Shown one piece after another: positions 42,444 through 43,124 of a stretch of DNA of 43,124 nt (position 1 is its first letter; each line of letters begins with the position of its first letter). This stretch comes from a virus (lineage: Duplodnaviria > Caudoviricetes): the IMG/VR virus record IMGVR_UViG_3300022670_000241, positions 1 through 43,124 of that record. The stretch is one strand, 5' to 3'. The translations under genes were made by a program, and so were the position numbers. The notes under the pieces were generated by a model. It saw only the letters and a list, made by a program, of their open reading frames with translations, was not told where the DNA came from and searched no databases.

Positions 42444-43001
42444 TTAACTTTCACTCCAATATCTTTGATCTTCAACTGCTGCTTGCCTCATAGTATCTTC
42501 GATCAAAGACTTTTGCTCTTCTGGCGCATTGACTTGCGCTTTTAGAAAGTCTTCACAGTATTTATCCTCCTCTAAGGTAGTAAATACATTCTCACGGCGT
42601 TTACGCTTAATTTCCAGAAAAGTCACCCTGCACCACTTTTTAGGCTCAACAGGGGGTTCTATTATCTTCACTATGTCAGCTGGCTTCGGCATGGTAGTTT
42701 GTGTCTCCATGTACACCCTAAACGCCGCCTCGACTTCTTCTATAGAAAATCTACCCAAAACCATTTGGAAAGCACCTTCAAGATTTTTCAATTGGTCTGG
42801 CTCTTTCCCGAATGTATCAAGCGTATCAAAGCATATTAGCAGGAGTGACATCAATTGTTTCTGGTGCTTCGGATTCTCCTTGATCGAGTCCGAGGGCAAT
42901 TCTGGCTTGCTCATGCTTACTGAGTTTTTGTTTTGCGGCTGCTTTCGGCTGGCATCTATCCCATTCAAAAGCGTTTCTGTATGCTGCGATAAAGTTTTCA
43001 T
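42444..43001 (-). CDS. Helicase loader/inhibitor-like protein (lambda P / G39P analogue); start uncertain
   Basis: Directly downstream of and overlapping the initiator; FQMVLGRFSIEEVEAAF..Y.....MPKPADI motif. Confidence 0.65.
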   Translation of the reverse strand: MKTLSQHTETLLNGIDASRKQPQNKNSVSMSKPELPSDSIKENPKHQKQLMSLLLICFDTLDTFGKEPDQLKNLEGAFQMVLGRFSIEEVEAAFRVYMETQTTMPKPADIVKIIEPPVEPKKWCRVTFLEIKRKRRENVFTTLEEDKYCEDFLKAQVNAPEEQKSLIEDTMRQAAVEDQRYWSES

Positions 43002-43124
43002 ATTTTTTCCCCTTGGATATGCAATAATTCTTAAATGTTTCTAGTATGTCGTGCTCGTTGTGATGTATATATTTTCCCTGCGCTCGTTTTTTTGCTAACC
43101 ATTCTTGAACATGATTTACAGAAA
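42826..43124 (-). CDS. 3' part of the replication initiator (...KGKKYENFIAAYRNAFEW...VTPANML*)
   Basis: In frame with 1..589 across the overlap; TGA at 42826-42828. Confidence 0.8.
   Translation of the reverse strand, partial: SVNHVQEWLAKKRAQGKYIHHNEHDILETFKNYCISKGKKYENFIAAYRNAFEWDRCQPKAAAKQKLSKHEQARIALGLDQGESEAPETIDVTPANML
42981..43124. repeat. Terminal direct repeat (copy 2)
   Basis: Identical to 1-144. Confidence 0.97.

Overview
A complete, circularly permuted ~43 kb tailed-phage genome of podovirus-type layout. Bases 1-144 are repeated exactly at 42981-43124 and interrupt a gene, so this is an assembly overlap and the unit length is 42,980 bp. Back-to-back consensus sigma70 promoters at 4612-4713 split the genome into two arms. 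The rightward early arm (4.7-10.9 kb) holds a Sak4-like ATPase, a DUF669 SSB, a Ref/HNH-like nuclease, a ClpX-type Zn finger and an AntA antirepressor. The long leftward arm holds a Cro-like HTH, DUF1064, a Lar-like protein, a DUF1376/O-like initiator crossing the contig junction with internal iterons, a helicase loader, about 25 small accessory genes (including an ankyrin protein), TerS, TerL, a P22-like portal, scaffold, an N4-gp56/DUF4043 capsid, short-tail and ejection proteins, a secreted esterase, and a holin plus M15 endolysin. I found no integrase, CI-type repressor, polymerase, helicase, CRISPR or reverse transcriptase. The most unusual part is about 1 kb of effectively ORF-free DNA (590-1090 and 1320-1870) packed with promoters and structured RNAs. 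It includes a 185-nt tRNA-shaped RNA whose anticodon arm is replaced by a GAAA-capped multibranch domain, all enclosed in a 24-bp stem. There are also C4/CI-like cloverleaf leaders in front of cro, antA and the initiator. A second theme is exact 12-39 nt repeats at gene junctions and inside mosaic paralogues. All family calls are motif and synteny recognition by eye; no searches or folding programs were run.
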